A stretch of 32,000 nucleotides of DNA from Candidatus Nitrosopumilus koreensis AR1 (GTDB lineage: Archaea; Thermoproteota; Nitrososphaeria; Nitrososphaerales; Nitrosopumilaceae), in assembly GCF_000299365.1 (NCBI RefSeq), contig NC_018655.1, positions 690,001 through 722,000 on the forward strand, written 5' to 3'. Made by a program: the position numbers and the translations under genes. Shown here one piece after another: positions 14,996 to 23,613 of this stretch (positions are counted from its first letter, which is position 1; every line of letters begins with the position of its first letter). Below the pieces are notes generated by a model. It searched no databases and was not told the origin of the DNA. It was given only the letters and a program-made list of their open reading frames with translations.

Positions 14996-17626
14996 TTAGT
15001 TTTCATCATCAATAATAGAAACAGTACCCAATTCTGGAAAATCCTTAAAGATTGGAACTACGGTTTTTGATTTGATAACTTCTTGAACTGATTTTGATAA
15101 TTCTTTATCATTAACATCGTAAACAGAGAGATTAACTGACCAGTTTGAATAAGGTGCCAATTCTTCTAACTGTTCTTTGATTTTGATTTCATCAAAATAT
15201 TCCGATGTTAATGCAGGGATATCTACTAGACCTCCATCTGCTATGAGTAAGATATCTACAATGTAATCTGATTTGTATGTTGGCTCATAAAGATATGATG
15301 GTGTAATTATCATTGCAGTAGAATTGTTGACATAATCTGAAATTAATTGTGCATGTCTTTGTGTAGTGTGTATGTCATGTAGATTTATCATATCATTTTG
15401 CCATTTTTTATCATAACCGAAATCATCTTCAAAATCATTATCAAAGAAACCTTGAGTTGGATGCCATGGAACAGAATACAAATCAAAGAAGTAAAAATTA
15501 TGTTTGCCACCAAATCCCATCATTCCAACTGCATCATGATATCTGTTAGTTGATGTATCCTTTCTGTTCAAACCATAAGTGTGTAAGAAATCAATATCGT
15601 CCATGTCTCCTGAAAGGAATACTAAGTTTGCTGATGAAGGATCAGAGAACTGGCTGTTAGGAGATATGATGTTTTTGTGTATGTATGATTCCATTTTTTC
15701 AGCATCCATTATCTTAAAGTCTACAGTATAGACATCATGTTTTATCCATTCTGTATGGTTCGCCTGAATCCAGGGACCAAATCCCCATGGATTGTCAAAA
15801 TCCGACTCTCCATAGAATGTATTTTTCCAAGGTTTTGATTCTGATTTTATATAATTAAACAAAGAATTTGATTCTGATTCTGATACGGATATAAAATTAA
15901 AGTTGTAATTGTATGTAATTCCTGCACGATTTAATTCAGAATGGATAAATGGAGAGTATTTTTTATTGAGATTCTTTTCAATCATTTGTTTTAGTTCAGA
16001 TGGCCATTCATCTCCAACTAGAATCAAATTGATATCTAATGACTGAGTTACAACAAGTTCGTCAGGCTGATATTTGTCTGCTTTTAGAGTCAATGGTGTA
16101 TCCCCAAACATTTCAGTATCTGCCCAAAAATCAGGGGTTGTTGAAAATCCGTTATTTGGAATTCTTATTGACTTGAGATCAAAACCAGTATTGTCAATCT
16201 GCTCTATTGCAAATCTAAAGTTTTCAGAGACATTATCGATGTAGAGAAATGCCTTGTACCCATCACTTCTCTGAACAATCCTTCCATCTCCATAATGTTT
16301 TTCATTTGTTTTCCATCCCCCACTAGTTGTATACTCTCGTGCACCGATATTTGATGTGCCAATGGCATATGAAATATCATTTTGATCTAATTTATCTATT
16401 GAATCTCCTTGTCTGTCAACAAAAATTTGAACTTGATCATAACCTGAATTAGATGGATCATTAACTTCTATCAAAAAAGCAGCAGATTTTGAGGATTTGT
16501 CATATGTCAAATAGAAATAACATTCATCAGTTTTTTTTGGCAGTGAAATGTTTTCACCTATGGCAAAATATGTAAAATCTTTAGGGCCATCAACTCCAAA
16601 CTCAACTTCTGCTTTGAATATATTCTTGGGTGATTTTTGTAATTGCTCAACCCTATTCAAATCCAATAGAAAAGACATTTCTCCACTGCTAGGCGCAGTA
16701 GTAAATTTTTCTTCAACGATGTTTGAATCAACATCGTAAATGACAAGTTTTAGACGTTCTCCGTCAGTATCTGTTTTTATGGAAACGTCTACTGATACAA
16801 CATCATTTAGGGAATAGAGTTGTTGTTTTGTGCTTACAGACACCGTATTATCGGCACATGAAAACGGATTTCTCTGCAAATTCTCTGTTAATACATCAAA
16901 AGGTTTGAAAAGAAAATCATCGACTACAATTTTTCCAGAATTAACTTTGATTGGTTGGGTTTCAACATTTGTAATGGGAATAATTTTACCTCTGGACCAC
17001 ACATCTGGAAAGTAATAGAATTCACTTTTTACCAATTTTCCATCTTCATCACTTTCTGTAATGTCAACATAGTCGAAAAAAACCACATATCCATTATCTA
17101 CCGTAGGTTTTGGTATGTCAACAAAAAATTTGACATATAATCCAAATCCGTTTTCAGTTTGTTTAACTTCTACCGCTCCCCCATCACATCCAGAATATGC
17201 TCCTGCCCAAAATTCTGAAAATTTCTCAAATGGGAAAACACATGAATTCCCATTTCTTTCAGCATAAATGAAATATGCTTTATTTTTTTCTGCTTCAAAT
17301 GACATTAGAAAGTAATCTGAATTAAACGGACGGTAGTATTCTAATCGTTCATCTGTACTATCTTCAATATAGATAAGTAATCTTGGGCTTTTTGATTTGT
17401 CATAAAAATAATAACTGTCAATTCTTTCTCCGTTGTCTCTAACCAAAGAATACGGATTAAAATCTCCTACAAGATCACTTTGGCTAAATTTTTTAAAATC
17501 ATTAATTGTTGGCGCTTCATTTATTGAGTAAATTGGGATTACTGGAGTGAATATTGCATCTGCGTCAATAACTTGGATTAGCAAAACAAACATCAAAGCT
17601 GAAATAACAAAGTATGAAATTCTCAA
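14996..17626 (-). CDS. Large secreted protein (876 aa); probable N-terminal part of a ~1170-aa metalloprotease
   Basis: It has a signal-like N-terminus (MRISYFVISALMFVLLIQVIDADA) and a long uninterrupted ORF. No catalytic motif was recognised in this part. Confidence 0.7.
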   Translation of the reverse strand: MRISYFVISALMFVLLIQVIDADAIFTPVIPIYSINEAPTINDFKKFSQSDLVGDFNPYSLVRDNGERIDSYYFYDKSKSPRLLIYIEDSTDERLEYYRPFNSDYFLMSFEAEKNKAYFIYAERNGNSCVFPFEKFSEFWAGAYSGCDGGAVEVKQTENGFGLYVKFFVDIPKPTVDNGYVVFFDYVDITESDEDGKLVKSEFYYFPDVWSRGKIIPITNVETQPIKVNSGKIVVDDFLFKPFDVLTENLQRNPFSCADNTVSVSTKQQLYSLNDVVSVDVSIKTDTDGERLKLVIYDVDSNIVEEKFTTAPSSGEMSFLLDLNRVEQLQKSPKNIFKAEVEFGVDGPKDFTYFAIGENISLPKKTDECYFYLTYDKSSKSAAFLIEVNDPSNSGYDQVQIFVDRQGDSIDKLDQNDISYAIGTSNIGAREYTTSGGWKTNEKHYGDGRIVQRSDGYKAFLYIDNVSENFRFAIEQIDNTGFDLKSIRIPNNGFSTTPDFWADTEMFGDTPLTLKADKYQPDELVVTQSLDINLILVGDEWPSELKQMIEKNLNKKYSPFIHSELNRAGITYNYNFNFISVSESESNSLFNYIKSESKPWKNTFYGESDFDNPWGFGPWIQANHTEWIKHDVYTVDFKIMDAEKMESYIHKNIISPNSQFSDPSSANLVFLSGDMDDIDFLHTYGLNRKDTSTNRYHDAVGMMGFGGKHNFYFFDLYSVPWHPTQGFFDNDFEDDFGYDKKWQNDMINLHDIHTTQRHAQLISDYVNNSTAMIITPSYLYEPTYKSDYIVDILLIADGGLVDIPALTSEYFDEIKIKEQLEELAPYSNWSVNLSVYDVNDKELSKSVQEVIKSKTVVPIFKDFPELGTVSIIDDEN

Positions 17627-17729
17627 GTATTTTTTTCAAGTATGATGAATAATTAAATCTGATCTAAATTATTGCATTAATTTTTAGTTAAAGTGTCTAA
17701 ATTAAATATCCATCTTACTAATACTCGTT

Positions 17730-18122
17730 ATGAGGATTGCAATATTTCTTGCATTTGTGGTTGCATTTGGTGCTAGTATGGCATATGCTGAACCAGTTTC
17801 AACAGAAATTCCATCTGGAGAAAAAACACACTATGTTGATGAACAAATAATGATTGTGGCTGACATTTCAAATAACCAAGACGTACCTCAAAACTTTGCA
17901 TACATTACACAAGTAAAAAATGATCAAGACATTGTCATTTCATTGTCTTGGTTAACTGGTTCACTATCTCCAAGACAATCATTTTCTCCTGCACAATCAT
18001 GGGTTCCTGCTTCTACTGGAACATATCACATACAGGTTTTTGTTTGGGAAAGCATCGATAATCCCGAAGCACTGTCTCCTCCACTTTCAATGACTGTAAA
18101 TGTCAATGAAAGATTTTCTTGA
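17730..18122 (+). CDS. Small secreted protein
   Basis: 130 aa. It has a classic signal peptide (MRIAIFLAFVVAFGASMAYA/EP), and the remainder is beta-rich. Confidence 0.65.
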   Translation: MRIAIFLAFVVAFGASMAYAEPVSTEIPSGEKTHYVDEQIMIVADISNNQDVPQNFAYITQVKNDQDIVISLSWLTGSLSPRQSFSPAQSWVPASTGTYHIQVFVWESIDNPEALSPPLSMTVNVNERFS

Positions 18123-18272
18123 TTTAAAATTCTGCTTCATAATTCGGCAAACTCATCATCTCTCAGTGATAGCTTAGTTGTCGGTTAATCATCAGCAAAC
18201 TATGTTGTCTTGTATAGTATATTATCATTGACGTATCAGAACCTTTTTGATACAAGGACTTGTTTCTTAAAC

Positions 18273-18521
18273 ATGGCAAATTTTGAAAAACTCTACAAAA
18301 GAGTTGCATCGCAGGTAATTGAGCGATGCCATGGTGCAATCAAAATAAAAAAGAAAGGAAAAATTATTCAGGTTTACGACCCAAAACGCCACATGTGGAG
18401 TATCGGATTGGCAGGATTGGTAATCAAAGAAGAGTGCAAACTTGCAAATCTACGGGACTGGGAGGTTGCAAATGTCCGACACTATGTAATTGAAGACTTG
18501 CTCTCAAAACCAGACGGCTAG
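18273..18521 (+). CDS. Hypothetical small protein
   Basis: The track ORF starts at TTG 18210. The first ATG at 18273 (MANFEKLYKRV...) is more plausible. No domain recognised. Confidence 0.45.
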   Translation: MANFEKLYKRVASQVIERCHGAIKIKKKGKIIQVYDPKRHMWSIGLAGLVIKEECKLANLRDWEVANVRHYVIEDLLSKPDG

Positions 18522-18778
18522 TATGTTACTTTTCTAATCAGGTGGGGCTCTTTTAGCATAATTGTATCGTCTTTTCGGGATGACAGTTCTACTTGTTTGA
18601 GATTGAGATTTGTTACTATGATTAATGCCTCACAGCGAGTGCAAAGAATGGTTCTTCCATCAGACCTCTCCTCTCTGATGATGTCTTTTTCCAATCTGTC
18701 TTCTTTTTGGCATGTTGGGCACAGTTTGGGCTCTTTTGCAATGGTGATTATCTCTTTTACAAAGATGGTCTTGCCCAT
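18518..18778 (-). CDS. Small zinc-ribbon protein
   Basis: 86 aa with CPTC...(23 aa)...CTRC, a four-Cys ribbon. It shares a CTAG double stop with the convergent gene. Confidence 0.5.
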   Translation of the reverse strand: MGKTIFVKEIITIAKEPKLCPTCQKEDRLEKDIIREERSDGRTILCTRCEALIIVTNLNLKQVELSSRKDDTIMLKEPHLIRKVTY

Positions 18779-19056
18779 GTTGTACTGTTTTTGGGCTGAT
18801 CAAAAAAGAGTTTGTATTGTTAATTGGCATCAGCAATTCTGTTTTGAGCGTCAAACCGTTTAATCGCCCAAAATTAGAATGAATGGTATTCAATGTATTT
18901 CCAATCTAACCAATTAACAATATCTGTAGTATTTTTTTGAAAATATGTTTTTTCATTTAGATGTATCAAAAATTTATAATAATATTGGATCATTATTGTA
19001 AAATTTCATGCTAAATATTAAATACTAAAATTTCCTATAGTGATTGATGTCGTTAG

Positions 19057-19064
19057 TTATAAAA
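19057..19064 (+). promoter_or_regulatory. TATA box (TTATAAAA) upstream of the structured RNA candidate
   Basis: It is centred ~20-27 nt upstream of the first paired base at 19080. Confidence 0.35.
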
Positions 19065-19079
19065 TCTAACGAATAAACC

Positions 19080-19174
19080 GCGTAGCCCCGCAGAACAATA
19101 AAGGCACTCAGGCGTTTTGACGACCTGACCATGAGAGGGAATCTCTCAAAGTTCTGCAGTTAGGGGGTTGCGCC
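19080..19174 (+). ncRNA. Unclassified structured small RNA (~95 nt, three-way junction)
   Basis: This is a GC-rich island in a ~350-bp AT-rich spacer. Positions 19080-19089 pair with 19164-19173, and 19090-19096 pair with 19151-19157. Two internal hairpins form at 19108-19128 and 19133-19147. Two G-U pairs fit only the + strand. A T5 run follows immediately. Confidence 0.55.
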
Positions 19175-19179
19175 TTTTT
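19175..19179 (+). terminator. T5 run, archaeal-type terminator after the RNA candidate
   Basis: TTTTT lies directly 3' of the closing helix. Confidence 0.4.
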
Positions 19180-19247
19180 CATTTCTAAAAGTTCAGTTCA
19201 TTCATTCTTAAATACGCGTTGAAATATTTTTGATATGACGAACCATT

Positions 19248-20084
19248 ATGCATCAATTATTAGATATGGATAAAAAAATAGTTTTGCCGTTATTGTTTGG
19301 CTTTTTCATTTTATCTGTTGGATTCATTTACCCTGCATATGCAATAGAAAAACCAGACATTATAGTATCTCATACTGAAATTGATTTTGGTGACGTAGTA
19401 GTTGGGGAATCAAGTTCTGAATCTTTTTTTTCAATTGCTAATCTTAATGGACCAGAAACCGTAACTCTTAATTTTTCTATTTCACTTGATGATGCGACTA
19501 ACTTTACTATTGCCTCAAATTCCTGTGGAGCAAGTTTACTTCCAGGAGAATCCTGCGTTGTGGGCTTGATCTTTACACCAATTTCAGATGGTGCAAAGCA
19601 CTCATCTGTAGCAATCCTTTCAGACGATCATGAAACCTCTGTCATACTAATTGATTTGTTTGGAACTGGAATTTCTGATAATGCAGTTGATTCGGACGGT
19701 GATGGGGTACCTGATGTTGACGATGTCTGCGAAGGATTTGATGACACTGTAGATACGGATAGTGATGGAATACCTGATGGGTGTGATATAGAAGTCGTTC
19801 CTCTAAGTTGTGGTGGTGGAACAATTCAACAAGGAAATGAGTGTGTGGTGGATCCTGCATTAACTCAACAAGTAAGTAACTTAGAAGACACTCTAGAGGA
19901 AAAAAATCAAGAAATAACTACTCTTAATGGTATTATTGATGCTCTAGAACAAACTATTGCAGATCTTACTGCTCAACTAGAAGATGCATTACAAATTATT
20001 GCTGATTTGGAAGATGGTATGCCGTGGAATAATAACAACGCCAATGAGAATGCATCGCCTGGCCCTATAGGAAAGAAACCTTAG
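19248..20084 (+). CDS. Secreted or anchored protein: choice-of-anchor-D-like beta domain, thrombospondin type-3-like Ca-binding repeats, and a C-terminal coiled coil
   Basis: 278 aa with an N-terminal hydrophobic segment. The segment IDFGDVVVGESSSESFFSIANLNGPETVTL...CGASLLPGESCVVGLIFTP...AILSDD looks choice-of-anchor-D-like. DSDGDGVPDVDDVC...DTDSDGIPDGCD is a DxDxDGxxDxxD repeat pair. A heptad-like tail follows. Confidence 0.7.
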   Translation: MHQLLDMDKKIVLPLLFGFFILSVGFIYPAYAIEKPDIIVSHTEIDFGDVVVGESSSESFFSIANLNGPETVTLNFSISLDDATNFTIASNSCGASLLPGESCVVGLIFTPISDGAKHSSVAILSDDHETSVILIDLFGTGISDNAVDSDGDGVPDVDDVCEGFDDTVDTDSDGIPDGCDIEVVPLSCGGGTIQQGNECVVDPALTQQVSNLEDTLEEKNQEITTLNGIIDALEQTIADLTAQLEDALQIIADLEDGMPWNNNNANENASPGPIGKKP

Positions 20085-20183
20085 ATAATTAATTCATGCT
20101 TTAGACATAACAGAATCGTTCATGGTATGCAGAAACAATATTGTGATTAGATTTTTAATTTTTTGAATTTTATCTAAAATCTC

Positions 20184-21275
20184 TTATGTGACGATTTCAT
20201 CTAGTCTGTCTTCTTCCTGTGCACGTTTTATCTCCATTGCAATTCTTCTTCCAACGCCAAATGTTTTTCCGTACTGGTATTTTGTGTACGGACTAGTAGT
20301 TGCAACGATTGGGTTTCCTGGAACTCGCAATGACACGTCATAGACAATCAACTCCAAATCTTTTGTAATTACGCTTTGCAGTGAAAATGGCCCAATTATT
20401 CCTGGGGCATATTCTTTTTTTACTGCATTGACAAACTTGTCTCCCATCTTAAACACCTTTTCTAATAGCGACTCTCTGATGCTTGCAGGTGTGTGTCCTA
20501 CCTCGATATTTTGCAAATCCACATCAATGTCTAGTTGCTGTTGTGCTGGAAGTGCATTATAGTCATGAATGTTTGTCTGTAGTCTTCGCTCAATTCCAAT
20601 AAAATCAACTTGGTCTGAAATTGGAGTGTGAAAGAAATTAAAATTCATGTATGTCCCAATTGCCAACTCTTCAATGCTTGCCTTTTCTAGGTCCTTTCTT
20701 GCAATTACTCCTTGTTTTATCTTCTCTTCGGATTTTTTGACATAATCCTTGTATGATGATACTGTAAAAAATGCCCTTTCTAATGGTCTGTTCTTTTCTT
20801 GCACTTTGACAATACATGGCTTGTTGATTCTCTTTGGGTCTTTGAATAATTTAGGATATTTTATTCTGGCCTTTTCTAAAAGATAGTACTGTCCTTTTTT
20901 GGCAGTTCTCTCTTCTGCCTGGAATAGCTTTCTGTTTCCAAAGATTGGAACTCTAAAAGAGTTTTCAATTGTCTTGTATCCAAGATAAACTGTAAGGGAG
21001 CGGTGTGGAACAATTATTGTGTTTGACTCTCTTAATTCCTTTTGAATCTTGGCTGATGTCATGTCTTTGAATTTGTTTAAAACGGTAATCTCATCTGCAA
21101 TTCTGCCAAATCTTTGGTAAGGTCCTTCTCTGCCTTTTTGGCAAAAAACTCTTGTCTGAAAGTCTTCATCCTTTGCTCCATCCATAATCTCAAGAGCTGA
21201 GTGACTTCCAAGTACTCCTATTTTTACATCTGAGTATTCATTAACAATTTTCTTGATCTCCGAGCTATTAATCAC
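20184..21275 (-). CDS. purP: 5-formaminoimidazole-4-carboxamide ribonucleotide (FAICAR) synthetase, archaeal PurP
   Basis: 363 aa. The N-terminal IGVLGSHSALEIMDGAKDEDFQTRVFCQKGREGPYQRF and the overall length match the archaeal ATP-grasp PurP family. Confidence 0.85.
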   Translation of the reverse strand: MINSSEIKKIVNEYSDVKIGVLGSHSALEIMDGAKDEDFQTRVFCQKGREGPYQRFGRIADEITVLNKFKDMTSAKIQKELRESNTIIVPHRSLTVYLGYKTIENSFRVPIFGNRKLFQAEERTAKKGQYYLLEKARIKYPKLFKDPKRINKPCIVKVQEKNRPLERAFFTVSSYKDYVKKSEEKIKQGVIARKDLEKASIEELAIGTYMNFNFFHTPISDQVDFIGIERRLQTNIHDYNALPAQQQLDIDVDLQNIEVGHTPASIRESLLEKVFKMGDKFVNAVKKEYAPGIIGPFSLQSVITKDLELIVYDVSLRVPGNPIVATTSPYTKYQYGKTFGVGRRIAMEIKRAQEEDRLDEIVT

Positions 21276-21396
21276 AATATGCCTTGAAATTAGGATCTAA
21301 TATAGCTAATTTTCATTTTTTAGGATCGTATAAAATCACAAGATTTTTGTGAATTGGTGTTTCTTTCTAGTTGTGCTGTATAGTTTTGAATTGCAG

Positions 21397-21513
21397 ATGG
21401 CAGGTGTAATACTATTAACTGCAATGGCTGTTGGCGGAATCACACTCTGGCTTAAACGAAGAAAGGAGAGAAAAGAATTGGAGGCATCCGATAATAGCGA
21501 GCCTCATATCTAG
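21397..21513 (+). CDS. Small single-pass membrane protein (38 aa); below the ORF-track cutoff
   Basis: Hand translation gives MAGVILLTAMAVGGITLWLKRRKERKELEASDNSEPHI*. The layout is a TM helix, then a basic stop-transfer segment, then an acidic tail. Confidence 0.3.
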   Translation: MAGVILLTAMAVGGITLWLKRRKERKELEASDNSEPHI

Positions 21514-21570
21514 TGTTAAGGTAATTTTTCTATCTAATACATAAAATACTCTGGCTTCTAATCATATTCA

Positions 21571-22128
21571 TTGAAACTAATAATTGGAATTACTGGCAGT
21601 ACCGGAGTAATCTATGGCATTCGAATGCTTGAGACTCTCAAGAAATTAAACATTGAAACTCATTTGATCATGTCTGAATGGGGAGAAAAATGCATTCCAA
21701 TGGAAACTGAATTTACATCTGATTATGTAAAGTCACTTGCAACAAATGTCTCTGATGAAAAAAATATGGCCTCTAGTATTTCCAGTGGAACTCACAAAGT
21801 TGATGGGATGATTATTGCTCCATGTAGCATGAAAACATTGGCTGCAATTGCAAATGGATATGATGACACACTTGTCGCAAGAGCTGCAGGAGTTACAATA
21901 AAGGAATCTAGGAAACTGATTCTAATGGTACGTGAAACTCCATTGTCTGCAATTCATCTAGAAAACATGCTAAAACTCTCAAGATTGGGAATTGTTATTT
22001 TGCCTCCCGTAACTGAATTTTATACCAAGCCCAAATCCATTGATGATATTGTAAATCATGGTGTAGGAAAATGTCTGGACCAGTTTGACATAGAACACAA
22101 TTTATACCCTCGATGGGGTACTCTCTAA
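21571..22128 (+). CDS. ubiX: Flavin prenyltransferase UbiX/Pad1 family
   Basis: 185 aa with a TTG start. Family motifs present: IIGITGSTGVIYGIRMLE, IIAPCSMKTLAAIANGYDDTLVARAA, and RKLILMVRETPL. Confidence 0.85.
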   Translation: MKLIIGITGSTGVIYGIRMLETLKKLNIETHLIMSEWGEKCIPMETEFTSDYVKSLATNVSDEKNMASSISSGTHKVDGMIIAPCSMKTLAAIANGYDDTLVARAAGVTIKESRKLILMVRETPLSAIHLENMLKLSRLGIVILPPVTEFYTKPKSIDDIVNHGVGKCLDQFDIEHNLYPRWGTL

Positions 22129-22135
22129 ATTACAA

Positions 22136-22564
22136 TTGCCACAGTTTTCCTTTGAAAAAATTAGCACTGCTGATAGAAAAAAAATCTATGACATATTTTC
22201 AGATTATGAAAACTATCAAAAAACATCTCCAATGTTTTTCCCTTCTGTTAGGATTCGCTCAGTCAGAGATAATGTTGCAGTAGTTGAAGAGCATTTGAAT
22301 TTGGGTGATGATGAATTTGTGATTATGGCAAAGCATGTTACTGATGAGCCAGTATTGCATGATGTTTATGTTATTGGCGGTGATGCAAAGGGCTCTCACA
22401 TTCGTGAACAGTTTTTAGAAGTTTCTCAAGGAACAAAAATCCTAGTTGATGTTGATTTGAAATTAAAAGGAAAAATGAAATTAGGAGGATTATTTTCTAA
22501 AAACAAGTATCATCAGAATTACGAAGAAATTGTAGATAATTTTATAAAAATTGCTGAAAACTAG
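22136..22564 (+). CDS. SRPBCC (START/polyketide-cyclase-like) superfamily protein
   Basis: 142 aa with a TTG start 8 nt after the ubiX stop. The size and alternating beta pattern resemble SRPBCC proteins. This is a by-eye call only. Confidence 0.45.
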   Translation: MPQFSFEKISTADRKKIYDIFSDYENYQKTSPMFFPSVRIRSVRDNVAVVEEHLNLGDDEFVIMAKHVTDEPVLHDVYVIGGDAKGSHIREQFLEVSQGTKILVDVDLKLKGKMKLGGLFSKNKYHQNYEEIVDNFIKIAEN

Positions 22565-22767
22565 TCTGATTTTGCTTCTTTGTCTTTAAAGTCTTTTAGC
22601 TCTTTTTCGCCTTCAATCTTGCCTTTCTCAAACTCACCTTTGGCTTTTCCAAAAGTCTTTGCAAGTTCTGGAATTTTTTTGGCACCAAAGATCAGTACAA
22701 CTGCAATGACAATGATGAATATCCATTCTTGACCTGCAATGAAATTGGCTAAATTCATACCAAACAT
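22561..22767 (-). CDS. tatA: Twin-arginine translocase subunit TatA/E
   Basis: 68 aa. It has a single TM helix (WIFIIVIAVVLIFG) followed by AKKIPELAKTFGKAKGEFEKG, the TatA hinge and amphipathic-helix signature. It sits next to tatC. Confidence 0.8.
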   Translation of the reverse strand: MFGMNLANFIAGQEWIFIIVIAVVLIFGAKKIPELAKTFGKAKGEFEKGKIEGEKELKDFKDKEAKSD

Positions 22768-22794
22768 TCTGAGTCTCTTTATCTAAATTCGGAT

Positions 22795-23586
22795 TTAAGT
22801 GTTCAACTTTTTGCGTTCTTTACGCTCGATTAGTACCATGCCTGCAACATACAATGCTATCATGGGTGCTGCAATAAACCACATGGTGACACCGCTTCCG
22901 TCCGGAGTGATGACTGCCCCGAAGATCACAATTGCTACAATTGCGTATCTGATATTTTTGCGCCAAAAATCAGAATCAACCATTCCCGATGCAGAAATGG
23001 CATACATAACTAGAGGAAGCTGAAATGAAAATCCAAATGCCAACAAAAATTGTAATACAAACGTGACAAATTCAATTACATTAAGAAATGTTACTAGTCC
23101 TGCAGATTCACCGTATCTGTACAAGAATTCTAAGATGTACGGGATTACTAAATTGTATGAAAAAACACATCCTGTGATAAACAACCCAAGAGCTGGAATT
23201 GTAATGCTTCTGCTAACATTAATCTCGTTTTCTTTTAGAGCTGGTTTGATAAATCCAACCATCTCTTTGATTATGACTGGCATGCCGACTACAATTCCGA
23301 CAAGTGCTGCAATGTAGACTTGTGCAAAGAACGCTTGACCAGGAGCTGTCTGAATCAGCTGCACATCTTCTGGAACGAGATTTATTTTCATGTGGTTGGT
23401 AATTTGTGCTGCAATGTTGTTTAGCGGTTCAGGTGTTGGATAGTATAGTGTGGTTTGACCAACCTGTATTGGTTCGGCATGAAATGACAGGATAAATGCT
23501 GTAATTATTCCAATTACCAGTACAATCCGCAGTATTCTCTTTCTTAATTCCTCAAAATGCTGATTGATACCATCTAGCTCTGACAT
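22795..23586 (-). CDS. tatC: Twin-arginine translocase subunit TatC
   Basis: 263 aa. HFEELRKRILRIVL at the N-terminus and six hydrophobic spans are typical of TatC. Confidence 0.9.
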   Translation of the reverse strand: MSELDGINQHFEELRKRILRIVLVIGIITAFILSFHAEPIQVGQTTLYYPTPEPLNNIAAQITNHMKINLVPEDVQLIQTAPGQAFFAQVYIAALVGIVVGMPVIIKEMVGFIKPALKENEINVSRSITIPALGLFITGCVFSYNLVIPYILEFLYRYGESAGLVTFLNVIEFVTFVLQFLLAFGFSFQLPLVMYAISASGMVDSDFWRKNIRYAIVAIVIFGAVITPDGSGVTMWFIAAPMIALYVAGMVLIERKERKKLNT

Positions 23587-23613
23587 CTAATCTCTTTGTG
23601 TTTTTAGCTATAT

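Noticed and set aside
17636-17665. C/D-box sRNA candidate (ATGATGA ... CTGA) in the spacer upstream of 17730; a similar ATGATGA occurs at 31632
   Set aside because: Only one C-like and one D-like box are present, with 10-nt spacing. There is no C'/D' or terminal D box and no terminal stem. At 31632 no CUGA box follows.
19080-19174. Could the structured RNA be a tRNA, 5S rRNA, C/D-box sRNA, hammerhead ribozyme or TPP riboswitch?
   Set aside because: The 7-bp terminal helix resembles an acceptor stem, but there is no T-loop (GTTCRAATC) or D-arm, and the length is wrong. It is too short for 5S and lacks the CCGAAC and loop-E features. CUGA and AUGA are present, but not as C/D box pairs with proper spacing. 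The CUGAUGA...GAAA hammerhead core is not intact (the sequence reads CCAUGAG...CAAAG). The TPP-type CUGAGA / ACCUGAUCUGG motifs are absent.
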